The position numbers and the translations under genes are program-made. Shown here in pieces: positions 9,780 through 18,677 of a stretch of DNA of 64,000 nt. The notes under the pieces are model-generated. The model saw only the letters and a program-made list of their open reading frames with translations, was not told the DNA's origin and made no database searches. Numbering within the stretch: the stretch's first letter is position 1; the number at the start of each line of letters is the position of its first letter. The stretch is from an uncultured bacterium (GTDB lineage Bacteria > Armatimonadota > HRBIN16), in NCBI GenBank assembly GCA_964579145.1, contig CAZOGB010000013.1:154-64153 (forward strand), given 5' to 3'.

Positions 9780-11801
9780 CTACCAGTTAATCGGGTAGAC
9801 GCTGATGTCGGTTAAACAGCCGACCAGTGTCCAGAAGCCGCCGTTCAAGAAGTCGCCCAGTATCAGCCCGAAGAAGAAGGGCAGGGACTGACGGTACAGC
9901 TTCATCCCGCCGAAGTGCAGCACCACCCACTTGATCGCCCACGCGATAATGAAGGGTAGCCACACCCACTGCATGGTAAAGGTCTGGGCGATAGCATAGC
10001 CGACGGGATGGAAGGGGAACCACGATAACTGCATACGCAGGACAGTCAGAATCACAGTAATCAGGAAGCCGAAGGCGACAGCAATCGTGCCGTTGACGTC
10101 GGCTTTGACGGGTGTCTTGATTGCCTCTGCCAGCGCGTCGAAGGGGGTACGCCCCATATAGGTGCGCCACGGTTCAGCCTTGGCGCCCGCTCCGAACTGA
10201 TACCATATCGCCAACGCAATCACGAAGGAGACGATAAACCCAAGCGTCACCGCGCTCATCATGGCGATAGCCAGCTGGCGCAGGTTGGCGCGCAGTTCCC
10301 CGCCCATCTTGAAACCGTCCAGCTGGTGAGGCATGGAGATACAGCGCAGGTCAAAGTTCGCCAGAGGCGCGCGCATGTACGCCAGAATGGTCAGGTCCTG
10401 CACGCGGAACCCCGTCGTGCCAAAGGTGGTGGTCATGAGCTGATACACATCCACGCTGGGACCGAACAACCAGGCGTTGCCGCTTTCGGCACGGGTGCGT
10501 GTCGCCGCCATCATGTACGATAACGCCAGCAGAACCAGTATCGCCGCTGCGCCCCAGCTCATGCCCGCCACCACACAGAAAGCGATACTGCCCAGTAACC
10601 CCGCAAAGAAGCCAATAACCGCCCAGCGGTAGGACATCGGCTCCATGCTGTCGTCCCCTTTGCCCTGCCAGGCGGTTTGCCACACCTCGCGCAGGTGCTT
10701 TCGCGCCAGATACAGGCTGATGCCCGCCAGCCCCAGAAAGGCTCCCGCGCCCTGATGCCCTATCCAAGGATACACGCTCTGCGCCGCGCCCCCTGCCGCA
10801 GCCGTCCAGCCCATCGCCGCTCCCAGCACTAGCTCCGCTTTGGTGACGAGGTAGAAAAACCAGCAGCTGAACGTGACCTCTAAGGACAGCAGATAAGCGA
10901 TACCGATGACGAACGGGTAGAACGACATCGGCATATAGCCGATAGCGTTCCAAGGAGGTGTGGTGACCCACTGTGCGATGTCCAGCCGGCTGGTGGCACG
11001 CAGAGGGATTTCGGGAACCGCCGGGTAGTTCAGATGGATGGTGTTCAGCGTGCCCAGCGCAAACGGGATGGCAAAGCCCAGCCACAACAGACGGTTGCTG
11101 AACAGCGACTGCGGTTCGCGAATCAACGCCAGCGGGAGGGCAACGGTGGGGAAGGTCAATCGCTCGCGTTCCACCCATTGCCGCCGCATAATCGCCATCA
11201 GGCACAGGCAGGTGAAGGTGTAGACGGTCATGAACAGCGTCCACGCGCCAATCTGCTTCCACCACAGCCCGAGCGGTACCGAGGCGTTGCCCTGATAGAA
11301 GTATTTGAGGGCAAACTCGTTCTTCTGCGCCAGCCAGTCGGGGATATAGCGGTGGAACAGCTCCGCCCAGCGGTTTTCAGGGGAGGCATAGTAGAACGCC
11401 GCGGTGACAGTAGGAACAATAAAGTGCAGAGCGCCCGACGAGGAAAGTACCGTTGCCACCGTCATCATCACGTAGATAACCAGCAGTTCCTGTGCGCTCA
11501 GCGCCCAGCGTGCCGCCGCCCGTCGCAACAGCATATTCATCACCACCAGCGCCACCAGTGCGTTGAACGCTCCCACTGGAATAGAGGTGTTCGCCAGTGC
11601 GGTGTGTCCACGCTGTCCCAGCACCAGCTCCGCCCAGTGAATCCACAGGTCTACCAGGATCACACAGATAATGCCGATAATCCATGCACGAAGGCTCAAC
11701 GCACGCCCGGGTATGCTCACTGCGGCAGACACCGGCTCCGCAACGCGCGCCTCCCTCACGCTGGTCGAGTAAGGCACCGTCCATTTGCGCCAGAAAAGCA
11801 T
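9780..11801 (-). CDS. Polytopic membrane protein, DUF6785/DUF6784-like putative transporter (673 aa)
   Basis: About 16 hydrophobic segments; motifs RRQWVERERLTFP and FPFHPVGYA. Clear paralog of 42996-44981. Confidence 0.8.
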   Translation of the reverse strand: MLFWRKWTVPYSTSVREARVAEPVSAAVSIPGRALSLRAWIIGIICVILVDLWIHWAELVLGQRGHTALANTSIPVGAFNALVALVVMNMLLRRAAARWALSAQELLVIYVMMTVATVLSSSGALHFIVPTVTAAFYYASPENRWAELFHRYIPDWLAQKNEFALKYFYQGNASVPLGLWWKQIGAWTLFMTVYTFTCLCLMAIMRRQWVERERLTFPTVALPLALIREPQSLFSNRLLWLGFAIPFALGTLNTIHLNYPAVPEIPLRATSRLDIAQWVTTPPWNAIGYMPMSFYPFVIGIAYLLSLEVTFSCWFFYLVTKAELVLGAAMGWTAAAGGAAQSVYPWIGHQGAGAFLGLAGISLYLARKHLREVWQTAWQGKGDDSMEPMSYRWAVIGFFAGLLGSIAFCVVAGMSWGAAAILVLLALSYMMAATRTRAESGNAWLFGPSVDVYQLMTTTFGTTGFRVQDLTILAYMRAPLANFDLRCISMPHQLDGFKMGGELRANLRQLAIAMMSAVTLGFIVSFVIALAIWYQFGAGAKAEPWRTYMGRTPFDALAEAIKTPVKADVNGTIAVAFGFLITVILTVLRMQLSWFPFHPVGYAIAQTFTMQWVWLPFIIAWAIKWVVLHFGGMKLYRQSLPFFFGLILGDFLNGGFWTLVGCLTDISVYPINW

Positions 11802-11888
11802 CGGGTTCCCCCTCGCTAAACGGTTTCTTTTATTATCGGTATTTCTTAATCGTTTAATTTGACCAGCCTGCAGAGATTCCCTTCTGCC

Positions 11889-11916
11889 TCAGCAAGTGCC
11901 CCCCTTCTTCCGATAA
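11889..11916 (+). promoter_or_regulatory. Possible sigma28 (FliA)-like promoter upstream of fapA
   Basis: TCCGATAA 11909-11916 resembles the GCCGATAA -10; weak -35 (TCAG, 16-nt spacer); precedes a flagellar-associated gene. Confidence 0.3.
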
Positions 11917-11975
11917 TAGGACAGGCAATATTCCCAGAGGAAGGCAGTGCTTGTTTTGCCTGAGGGAGGAACGCA

Positions 11976-13343
11976 ATGAGTATCATTCCACAGCGGGCAT
12001 CTGTGGATGGCAACTTCTGGGTGTTCTTTAACGAGGATAAGACGCAGGCGATGCTGCTGGTCGCCCCACCGCAGGGGGATGGCAACCCGGTGCGCGTGGC
12101 GGATGTCGTCAAGGCGCTCGAGGAGATGGGTGTCGCTTACGGCATCAACGAACAGGCTATCCGGGATGCCATCGAACGGGCAACGAACACGGCAACCAAA
12201 GTACAGGCGGTGGTAGCAGAGGGTGTTGTGCCCGTTCACGGCACGGATGCAAAGGTCAATTACCGTCTGCCGGAGGAGGCTGTTGTGCGTCCTCTGCCTC
12301 TGTTGCCCGATGGCAGTATAGACTATCTGCAGATAGACTCCGCCCGTTACATTCAGGCTGGTCAGCTGATTGCCACGGTGGTACCAGCTAACCACGGGCG
12401 CCCGGGGCGCACCGTAACTTTTCCCCCTCAGACCGTACACCAGCGACCGGGTAGAGACGCAAACCTTCGAGCGGGAGAGGGCGTCATCGCCTCCGACGAT
12501 AACCTGCAGTTCACCGCCGAAAAATCGGGATACGTATACCTCTCTGGGGACAAACTGTGTGTCCTGCCTGCACAACCGGTGAAGGGCGACCTGCAGGGAG
12601 CACAGCAGTTCCCACATGCGCTGGTGCTGACCGGCAGCGTTCTGCCCGGGGCACAGGTGCGCGTGTATGGTGATGCTGCCATCGGTGGGCGATGCGAGGG
12701 GGCACTGTTGAATGTGCGGGGAGCCTGCTACCTGCACGGCGGAGCGCAGAGTTCGGACATCGCGGCGGATGGAAACATCCTGCTGAGGGCAAGCGTGACC
12801 GACTGTACCCTGAGCACACGGCGCCGCGTGATTGCGCTAAGAGAGGATGTGCAGATTGTGGGCGGGCGCGTAGTGGCATTTGAAGGAGTAGAGGCGTATA
12901 CTATAGGTACGCCTTCGTGGGTTCCGACCGAAGTGGTGGCAGGCGTGGACACCCTGGGCGACGAGCGGCTGTTTGAGATTGCAGAGGAGATACGTCAGTG
13001 TGAAGATAATATACAGAAAATCAACACCGCCTTGCGCCCGTTCGCCTCGGTCACCGCGGAGGTCACTTCGCCGGAGAAAAAGGAGGCGGTTCAACGGCTG
13101 ATTGCACACCGTCGCCGTCTGGAAGCGCGGCTGAAGGAGCTTCAACACGAGAAACGCACCATCACCATTCAGGTCAACGCGCCTATCCGGGCAGAGGTCG
13201 TGGTGATGGGGACAGTATACCCGGGTGTGAAGGTAACCATCGGCAAACACAGCTATCTGGTGGAAGCAGAAATGCAGGCGGTACGCTTCTTTGTAGCGCG
13301 CGGCGAGTCGCGTGTGCAGGTCAGGCCATTGAACAAACTATAG
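11976..13343 (+). CDS. fapA: FapA family (DUF342) protein
   Basis: N-terminal AMLLVAPPQGDG/EEMGVAYGINE region, PGRTVT...GEGV, beta-helix repeats, C-terminal coiled coil and GTVYPGVKVTIG. RBS GGAGG. Confidence 0.85.
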   Translation: MSIIPQRASVDGNFWVFFNEDKTQAMLLVAPPQGDGNPVRVADVVKALEEMGVAYGINEQAIRDAIERATNTATKVQAVVAEGVVPVHGTDAKVNYRLPEEAVVRPLPLLPDGSIDYLQIDSARYIQAGQLIATVVPANHGRPGRTVTFPPQTVHQRPGRDANLRAGEGVIASDDNLQFTAEKSGYVYLSGDKLCVLPAQPVKGDLQGAQQFPHALVLTGSVLPGAQVRVYGDAAIGGRCEGALLNVRGACYLHGGAQSSDIAADGNILLRASVTDCTLSTRRRVIALREDVQIVGGRVVAFEGVEAYTIGTPSWVPTEVVAGVDTLGDERLFEIAEEIRQCEDNIQKINTALRPFASVTAEVTSPEKKEAVQRLIAHRRRLEARLKELQHEKRTITIQVNAPIRAEVVVMGTVYPGVKVTIGKHSYLVEAEMQAVRFFVARGESRVQVRPLNKL

Positions 13344-13353
13344 GAGAAGTGGG

Positions 13354-13701
13354 ATGAACAACGTGCGCTTGAACCGTCTGGTTCGCACCGAAAGCTCGGA
13401 AATCTACCTGATATGGCGCAACAACGAGCGAGTGGGTCAGGTAGATATTCACTACGCTTCCGGCACTATCTATGCCACCCTGCTGCTGGAGGGCGATTTC
13501 GCCCCTGAACAGGAAGAAGCGCTCATCGCCACCATTGATGAGGACATCGTGTCCAGCTACATGCCTCGTTTCGAGCGCGATGACTTCGTGGTGCACGTCT
13601 TCCGCGCGGAGGAAATCGGACGGTACACCGACCCCAGTATGGACCTTGAGGACATCGAAGGCTTCGACTTCGAGGACGAAGACGAGGACGAAGACAACTA
13701 A
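13354..13701 (+). CDS. Hypothetical protein with acidic C-terminal tail (115 aa)
   Basis: RBS GGAG, host-like codon usage, 10 nt after fapA; tail DFEDEDEDEDN. Confidence 0.75.
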   Translation: MNNVRLNRLVRTESSEIYLIWRNNERVGQVDIHYASGTIYATLLLEGDFAPEQEEALIATIDEDIVSSYMPRFERDDFVVHVFRAEEIGRYTDPSMDLEDIEGFDFEDEDEDEDN

Positions 13702-14210
13702 TCCGCCTGTTCCGGAAGGGTCGCTTTGCGGGCGCGTTCTACCCACTTGCCTCGTCGGTTACGCAGGAGGAACTCGCGCACCTTCATTGCCTTCTGCGCC
13801 TCGCCGGAGGACTGGTAAGCACGCATTAGCAAATAGTGCGCTTCGCCGTCCCAGTCGAAACCCCGATTGCCGAAGCGCGTGAATGGTTCCAGAGCGACCC
13901 GCGCCGCCTGCCAGAGGTGTTTCTGCACCGCCGTGCGTCCCAAATCCTTCAGCCGACGATAGTTCTGGCGCACCTGCCACATCATCATCTGCACCAGCAC
14001 AAACACCACCACAAAGTTCAACAGCAGGAAGTTCCACTGCCTTAGCTTCAGCAGGGCGCCCAGAACGGTCATCACCACCGGCGCAACGAACATCAGTATC
14101 GTTATCCAGAACATATAGCGCCACCAGATGGTGCGTAGTTCGCGCTGTGCCTCTTCGATAATCGCCTGCTCGGTGGCGGGTTTGCGCTCGGTGCTCTCCT
14201 TTTTCGCCAT
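13698..14210 (-). CDS. Hypothetical membrane protein (2 TM plus helical/TPR-like C-terminus)
   Basis: RBS GGAGG, two hydrophobic segments, co-directional with the btu genes. Confidence 0.75.
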   Translation of the reverse strand: MAKKESTERKPATEQAIIEEAQRELRTIWWRYMFWITILMFVAPVVMTVLGALLKLRQWNFLLLNFVVVFVLVQMMMWQVRQNYRRLKDLGRTAVQKHLWQAARVALEPFTRFGNRGFDWDGEAHYLLMRAYQSSGEAQKAMKVREFLLRNRRGKWVERARKATLPEQAD

Positions 14211-14229
14211 GCTTTCCTCCCGACAGCAG

Positions 14230-15237
14230 TTATGTGAATCGCTCCCTGCGAAGCAAGGTGATGAAGAAGGGCGCGCCCAGCAGAGCGGTGATTACCCCCA
14301 CGGGTATCTCCGCCGGGCGGGCGATGCTTCGCGCCAGGGTATCCGCCCACACCATCAGCACCGCTCCCAGCACCCCTGCACTCAGACCAAGTTGGCGGTG
14401 GTCCGCGCCAAACAACCGTCGCGCCATGTGCGGCACCACCAGCCCCACGAAGCCGATGATTCCGCTGACCGACACCGCCGCCGCCGTGCACAGCGCAGAC
14501 AGCACAATCGCCCAGCGTTTCAATCGCTCCACGTCAAATCCCAGGTGCGCCGCGCTCTCCTCGCCCAGCGCAAAGGCGTTCAGTCCGTAAGCCATCGCCC
14601 GCAGTGCCAGCACCCCCGCCAGCACAAAGGGCAACAACAGCCTGACGCGCGTCCACTCGGCGTCGGCGAAACTGCCCATCAGCCAGAACAGCACCCGCCC
14701 CACATCCGCGCCCGCCAGCGTGAGCATTAAGGTGACCACCGACCACATGAACGAACCGACCACAATCCCCGCCAGCAGAAACACCGACACACGCAGGGAA
14801 CCTTCGCGTCTGGCTACCATCAGTACCAGCACCGCAGCGCCGATCGCGCACACAAACCCTGCTGCTGGCACGCCAAAGCCATGCCACTTCGCCTCCCAGC
14901 CTGCCAGCACCGCCGCCGACGCGCCCATCGCCGCGCCAGATGAGACGCCCGTCGTGTAGGGGTCGGCGAGGTCGTTGCGCAAAAGCCCCTGCAGGATGAC
15001 TCCAGCCACGCTGAGCAAAACGCCCACCAGCGCCGCCATCGCCATGCGGGGCAGTCGCAGCTGCCACACAATCAGCCCGGAGGTATCGCCCGCGCCGACG
15101 CCCTCGCGCAGGATATGCCATACCTGCCCTGGAGACAGCCTCTCTGCTCCCAGGCACAGTCCCGCCACCGCCGTGACGATGACCGCCGCCCCAAGAAGCA
15201 GTATCAGCCAGATACGCTTTCCCGCTCGCGGAGTCAT
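14230..15237 (-). CDS. btuC: FecCD/BtuC family ABC permease (cobalamin or iron chelate)
   Basis: LRLPR, QGLLRNDLADPYTTGVSSGA, GEESAAHLG, GIIGFVGLVVPHMAR, EIPVGVITALLGAPFF. Confidence 0.9.
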   Translation of the reverse strand: MTPRAGKRIWLILLLGAAVIVTAVAGLCLGAERLSPGQVWHILREGVGAGDTSGLIVWQLRLPRMAMAALVGVLLSVAGVILQGLLRNDLADPYTTGVSSGAAMGASAAVLAGWEAKWHGFGVPAAGFVCAIGAAVLVLMVARREGSLRVSVFLLAGIVVGSFMWSVVTLMLTLAGADVGRVLFWLMGSFADAEWTRVRLLLPFVLAGVLALRAMAYGLNAFALGEESAAHLGFDVERLKRWAIVLSALCTAAAVSVSGIIGFVGLVVPHMARRLFGADHRQLGLSAGVLGAVLMVWADTLARSIARPAEIPVGVITALLGAPFFITLLRRERFT

Positions 15238-15240
15238 CGG

Positions 15241-16071
15241 CTAATGCACCTTCGCCTCCGCCAGGATCTTCCTCAGCACTTCCAGCCCCTTCAAGAGGCG
15301 CGGGGTGGGGCGCACGAAAAGGTTGGAGTCCACGCTGTACACCGCCCCATTGCGCACCGCCTTCAGTCGCCTCAGCACTGGGTGCTCGCGCAGGGGCGAC
15401 AGCCTGTCCGCCGGCACAGTCGTGATGATGACGTCGGGGTCTTTCGCCAGCAATACCTCTGTGGAGATAGTATAGTAGTTCGTCCCACCATCTTCTGCGA
15501 CATTGCGCCCGCCTGCCAGACGGATCATATCGTTCACAAACAGGTCGCGCCCAGCCACCCACATCGGCAGAGGCTCCACATTCAGCGTGAACAGCACACT
15601 GACGGGATGCGGATTGGCAGGGCGCGAACGGAGTTTGCGCTCTTCCTGTTCGAATCGAGTTGCCAGCGTTTCGGCGGTGCGGTCGTGCCCGGTGGCTTTG
15701 CCCAGCAGGCGTATCACCTTTGCCACGTCCAGCCAGCTTTTGGGCGCAATCACCAGCAGAGGCAGTTTCAATCGCTCCAGCTGGGGAATAAATCGCCGGT
15801 TCAACACGCCATCCGCCACCACCAGGTCGGGGCGCAGGGCGACCACCGCCTCCACATTGGTGCGCATATCGCCCACTTTGGGCAGGCGTTTGGCTTCGGG
15901 CGGGTAGTCACAGTAAGTGGTCACTCCCACCACCTGCCTGCCCGCGCCAATGGCGAAGAGCGTTTCGGTGGTGCCCGGCGTCAGCGAGACGATACGCCTG
16001 GGCGGCTGGCGCAACAGCAGTATTCTGCCGCGAAAGTCCGTAACACGCCGTGGAAAGCCTGTGTCGGGCAT
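15241..16071 (-). CDS. btuF: BtuF-like helical-backbone substrate-binding protein
   Basis: PRRIVSLTPGTTETLFAIGAG, VGVTTYCDYP, LRPDLVV, LAKDPDVII, AVRNGAVY, RPTPRL. Confidence 0.85.
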   Translation of the reverse strand: MPDTGFPRRVTDFRGRILLLRQPPRRIVSLTPGTTETLFAIGAGRQVVGVTTYCDYPPEAKRLPKVGDMRTNVEAVVALRPDLVVADGVLNRRFIPQLERLKLPLLVIAPKSWLDVAKVIRLLGKATGHDRTAETLATRFEQEERKLRSRPANPHPVSVLFTLNVEPLPMWVAGRDLFVNDMIRLAGGRNVAEDGGTNYYTISTEVLLAKDPDVIITTVPADRLSPLREHPVLRRLKAVRNGAVYSVDSNLFVRPTPRLLKGLEVLRKILAEAKVH

Positions 16072-16099
16072 CTCCTCTCCTCCTGTTCAGCCGAGTAAG

Positions 16100-16129
16100 A
16101 TTATACAGGCAGGCAGGCTCTGCTGTCGA
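16100..16129 (-). promoter_or_regulatory. Putative sigma70 promoter for btuF (TCGACA-N18-TATAAT)
   Basis: Minus-strand TCGACA 16129-16124 and TATAAT 16105-16100, about 30 nt upstream of the start. Confidence 0.55.
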
Positions 16130-16144
16130 GGTATAGAAGCGCAG

Positions 16145-16171
16145 CAGGAGCGGTGTTACCAGCCGCTCCTG
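16145..16171. other. Perfect 9-bp stem-loop (CAGGAGCGG/CCGCTCCTG)
   Basis: Inverted repeat with a 9-nt loop at the transition from host-like to lower-GC sequence. Confidence 0.6.
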
Positions 16172-16189
16172 TTTACGTCAACCGGTTAA

Positions 16190-16537
16190 GAGGGCAAGCA
16201 GCAAGACTATCTTATTACCAATGTCAAAACCAGCAACCACTTCTTTGCAGTGACTCTCCCATACGGCGCACAACCTGACGTTGTTTGTGCTCGTGCAATG
16301 CCAGCTGATGGCGAGGAGATCATTAGGTGGGAGCTGTGGATAGGACATTGGTCAGAAGATACGGGGCAACCAATAAAGTATTACAGGATCGCTTGGGGTA
16401 GCAACGCCCTGGATACCACAATCTGGGAGATTAACACCACACAATCCCAGGGCGCAAAGTATGGCTACACATTCATTGTTTATGGAAGTGCGGGCTATAC
16501 AGCCACATGCTACTCTGGCATGTTTGTTCGTCCGTAA
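16190..16537 (+). pseudogene. Orphan low-GC open frame, possibly the 3-prime remnant of a gene (about 115 codons)
   Basis: Frame open from 16190 (after TAA 16187-89) to TAA 16537; protein-like W/Y-rich sequence; no RBS before GTG 16250; followed by a strong hairpin. Confidence 0.35.
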
Positions 16538-16544
16538 AGCTTTG

Positions 16545-16572
16545 ACTGGGAGGGGAAACATCCCCTCCCAGT
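16545..16572. terminator. 12-bp perfect hairpin between convergent ORFs (probable terminator)
   Basis: ACTGGGAGGGGA-AACA-TCCCCTCCCAGT; no clear U-tract. Confidence 0.6.
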
Positions 16573-16576
16573 GTTG

Positions 16577-16753
16577 CTATCGCGGCGCGCCCTCTAGAGG
16601 CGGTATTTTGGGTGCAGGGTAGTGGCTTCGCAGACTTTTTTCATCGGTACGCGGAGCAGGTGCCATCCCTGACCGCATGAAAACTATGATAAACCCGACG
16701 ACAACTACTGCGATGGCCACTGCTACCCAGACAGGACTAATCTGCCTTCTCAT
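16577..16753 (-). CDS. Small single-TM Pro-rich protein (58 aa, not in ORF track), paralog of 33732-33935
   Basis: Translated by hand: MRRQISPVWVAVAIAVVVVGFIIVFMRSGMAPAPRTDEKSLRSHYPAPKIPPLEGAPR*. RBS AGGAGG overlaps the DUF1559 stop. Confidence 0.8.
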   Translation of the reverse strand: MRRQISPVWVAVAIAVVVVGFIIVFMRSGMAPAPRTDEKSLRSHYPAPKIPPLEGAPR

Positions 16754-16762
16754 GTGCCTCCT

Positions 16763-17473
16763 CTACAACCCCGGACAGGAGTTATCCGATGACCAGGGAT
16801 AGTAAATGTACAGGTATCTACCCGTGCAGGGATTAGTGGAACGGTCATTCCACCAGCCCTCCAGCACGTTGCGGGATACGTACTTGGCATGAGTATCAAT
16901 GAAAGTGACGTTCATGCCATCCGTATGACGGAAAGCCCAATGGCTTGGACCCCATGTTGCATTGTAGCCAAGCCCCTGATCATTATCGTCCGCGTCGTAG
17001 ACCTCGAAGAACCAGATACGCTCCGCAGGACGCTTGATCAGATCGAGCATGAACTCACTGACCGTGTTGTCCGATTTGATGTAGATTACGGCACCATACA
17101 CGTTAATGCCGTAACTCTTGTAGTACCACTCGGGAACCCAATCATATGGGTCGGTATTCCAAGGTTTCCTGGGCACTGCATGGCTTGGGCAGCGAAAGAT
17201 GTCTTCATTCTTCACATACGGCAGAATAAACCCAGACCATGTATTTGGAAAATGGGTAAACTGCCAGTATGTGTCCCAGATAGACATGCCATCATAGTCT
17301 TCTACATACATTCGCGCTCCCGTGCCAATCTGCTTCATGTTCGAGAGGCACGAGGTCTGCCTTGCTTTTTCCCTGGCTTGAGCGAAGACAGGGAACAGTA
17401 TCGCCGCCAGTATCGCGATAATCGCGATAACCACCAGCAGCTCAATCAGAGTGAACCCACGCTTGCTTTGCAT
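16763..17473 (-). CDS. Prepilin-type N-terminal cleavage/methylation protein, DUF1559 / H-X9-DG family
   Basis: G|[42 protein letters not shown]; C-terminal H-X9-DT variant ([14 protein letters not shown]). Confidence 0.92.
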   Translation of the reverse strand: MQSKRGFTLIELLVVIAIIAILAAILFPVFAQAREKARQTSCLSNMKQIGTGARMYVEDYDGMSIWDTYWQFTHFPNTWSGFILPYVKNEDIFRCPSHAVPRKPWNTDPYDWVPEWYYKSYGINVYGAVIYIKSDNTVSEFMLDLIKRPAERIWFFEVYDADDNDQGLGYNATWGPSHWAFRHTDGMNVTFIDTHAKYVSRNVLEGWWNDRSTNPCTGRYLYIYYPWSSDNSCPGL

Positions 17474-17502
17474 TTCAGAACCCTCCTTCGGTTTTCAGGT
17501 TG

Positions 17503-18603
17503 TTATGTCGTTTTGGCTGGTGCACACGATTCGCGCAGAACCACCTGCGCTGGTACTTCCACCCGATGGGGCACAGGCTTGCCCTCCATCATGTCCATCA
17601 GCAAGCGCACACCCGTCTGCGCCATCTGTTCGAGGTCTACCCGCACCGACGAGAGAGGCGGCTGCATGGTGGTGCAGAAAGGCTCGTCGTCAAAGCCGAT
17701 GAGCGACAGGTCTTCTGGCACCTTCACGTTCATCTCTGTAATCGCGGGATAGGCGAACGCCAAAAGGATGTCCGACGCTCCCACGATCGCCGTCAGGGGT
17801 GGACGTACTTCCAGCAGACGCCTCAGTGCCTCTTGCACCGTCGGGCGGGGGCGGCCATGTTGCATCACCCAGTTCGCTTCGGGAGTGATGCCGGCTTCCT
17901 GCAAGGCGTCCATATAGCCCTCGAAACGCTGGGCGTAATGAGGCATATAGTGTCCGGTAAAGAAGCCGATGCGCCGATGTCCCAGGCGAATCAGCTCACG
18001 CACCGCCTGTCTGGTGCCGTCGCGATTTGCCTGCACCACGCGGGGAACAGGCACTTCTGGCTCCGCATCCACAATCACCACCGGATAGCCCCGTCTTTGC
18101 ATCCACAGCAAGCCCTCTTCATGCAAGGGACCGAACACCAGCGCGGCATCAAAGCGGTGATGACGCTCCCACTCCTGCAGGTAACTGGCGGATGCGCTCC
18201 GGTCGGGGAAGTGAAGCAGAAGGCTCCCCCACAGGTGCCGGGCGCACTCTTCCGCCGCCGCGTGCAACATGCGCATCTCGCCCACCGAGTACGAGGGGCG
18301 TGCGCCGGGTATCTGCCAGGTATACATGAGCGCAACCAGATGCTGTTGGACGGGCTGTTTGGGGCGACTGACCGCAATCACCGTGCCGCGGCGCGTCCGC
18401 TCCACCACCCCCCGTTGTGCCAGCAGGGTCAGGGCACGCTCGGCGGTCTGGTAGCTGATGCCGTAGTGGCGGGCAATCGTGCGGGCGGACCACAGCGGTG
18501 TGCCTGGCGTCAGCTGCCCGGCGTTTACCGCGGCTTCCACCTGCTCCACGATTTGCACGTAGAGCGGCGTGCGCAGGTGAGGGTTCAGGTGTAGCGGTAT
18601 CAT
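17503..18603 (-). CDS. GntR-family regulator with LacI-type sugar-binding effector domain
   Basis: PLYVQIVEQV..PGTPLWSARTIARHYGISYQT winged HTH; GHRRIGF, PEDLSLIGFDD, PPLSSVR. Start ATG 18603 is downstream of the promoter. Confidence 0.88.
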   Translation of the reverse strand: MIPLHLNPHLRTPLYVQIVEQVEAAVNAGQLTPGTPLWSARTIARHYGISYQTAERALTLLAQRGVVERTRRGTVIAVSRPKQPVQQHLVALMYTWQIPGARPSYSVGEMRMLHAAAEECARHLWGSLLLHFPDRSASASYLQEWERHHRFDAALVFGPLHEEGLLWMQRRGYPVVIVDAEPEVPVPRVVQANRDGTRQAVRELIRLGHRRIGFFTGHYMPHYAQRFEGYMDALQEAGITPEANWVMQHGRPRPTVQEALRRLLEVRPPLTAIVGASDILLAFAYPAITEMNVKVPEDLSLIGFDDEPFCTTMQPPLSSVRVDLEQMAQTGVRLLMDMMEGKPVPHRVEVPAQVVLRESCAPAKTT

Positions 18604-18628
18604 CGTTTCGGTCCTTGCTATGACTGCT

Positions 18629-18641
18629 ATGGTAATACCAT
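18629..18641. promoter_or_regulatory. GntR-type palindromic operator ATGGTA-A-TACCAT
   Basis: Perfect inverted repeat just downstream of the -10 of the gntR promoter; fits the GT-N-AC GntR box pattern. Confidence 0.65.
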
Positions 18642-18648
18642 TGCTTAC

Positions 18649-18677
18649 ACTATACAGTATCACGCTGTGTTTGTCAA
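18649..18677 (-). promoter_or_regulatory. sigma70 promoter TTGACA-N17-TATAGT for gntR
   Basis: Minus-strand TTGACA 18677-18672 and TATAGT 18654-18649. Confidence 0.75.

Noticed and set aside
16151-16161. CGGTGTTACCA (9/11) and AGGTATTGACA at 18995 (8/11) as extra GntR boxes
   Set aside because: Matches this loose are expected many times by chance in 64 kb.
16072-16250. Cobalamin riboswitch upstream of btuF
   Set aside because: No B12-box or GGGAA/GCCACTG elements, and the promoter is only about 30 nt from the start.
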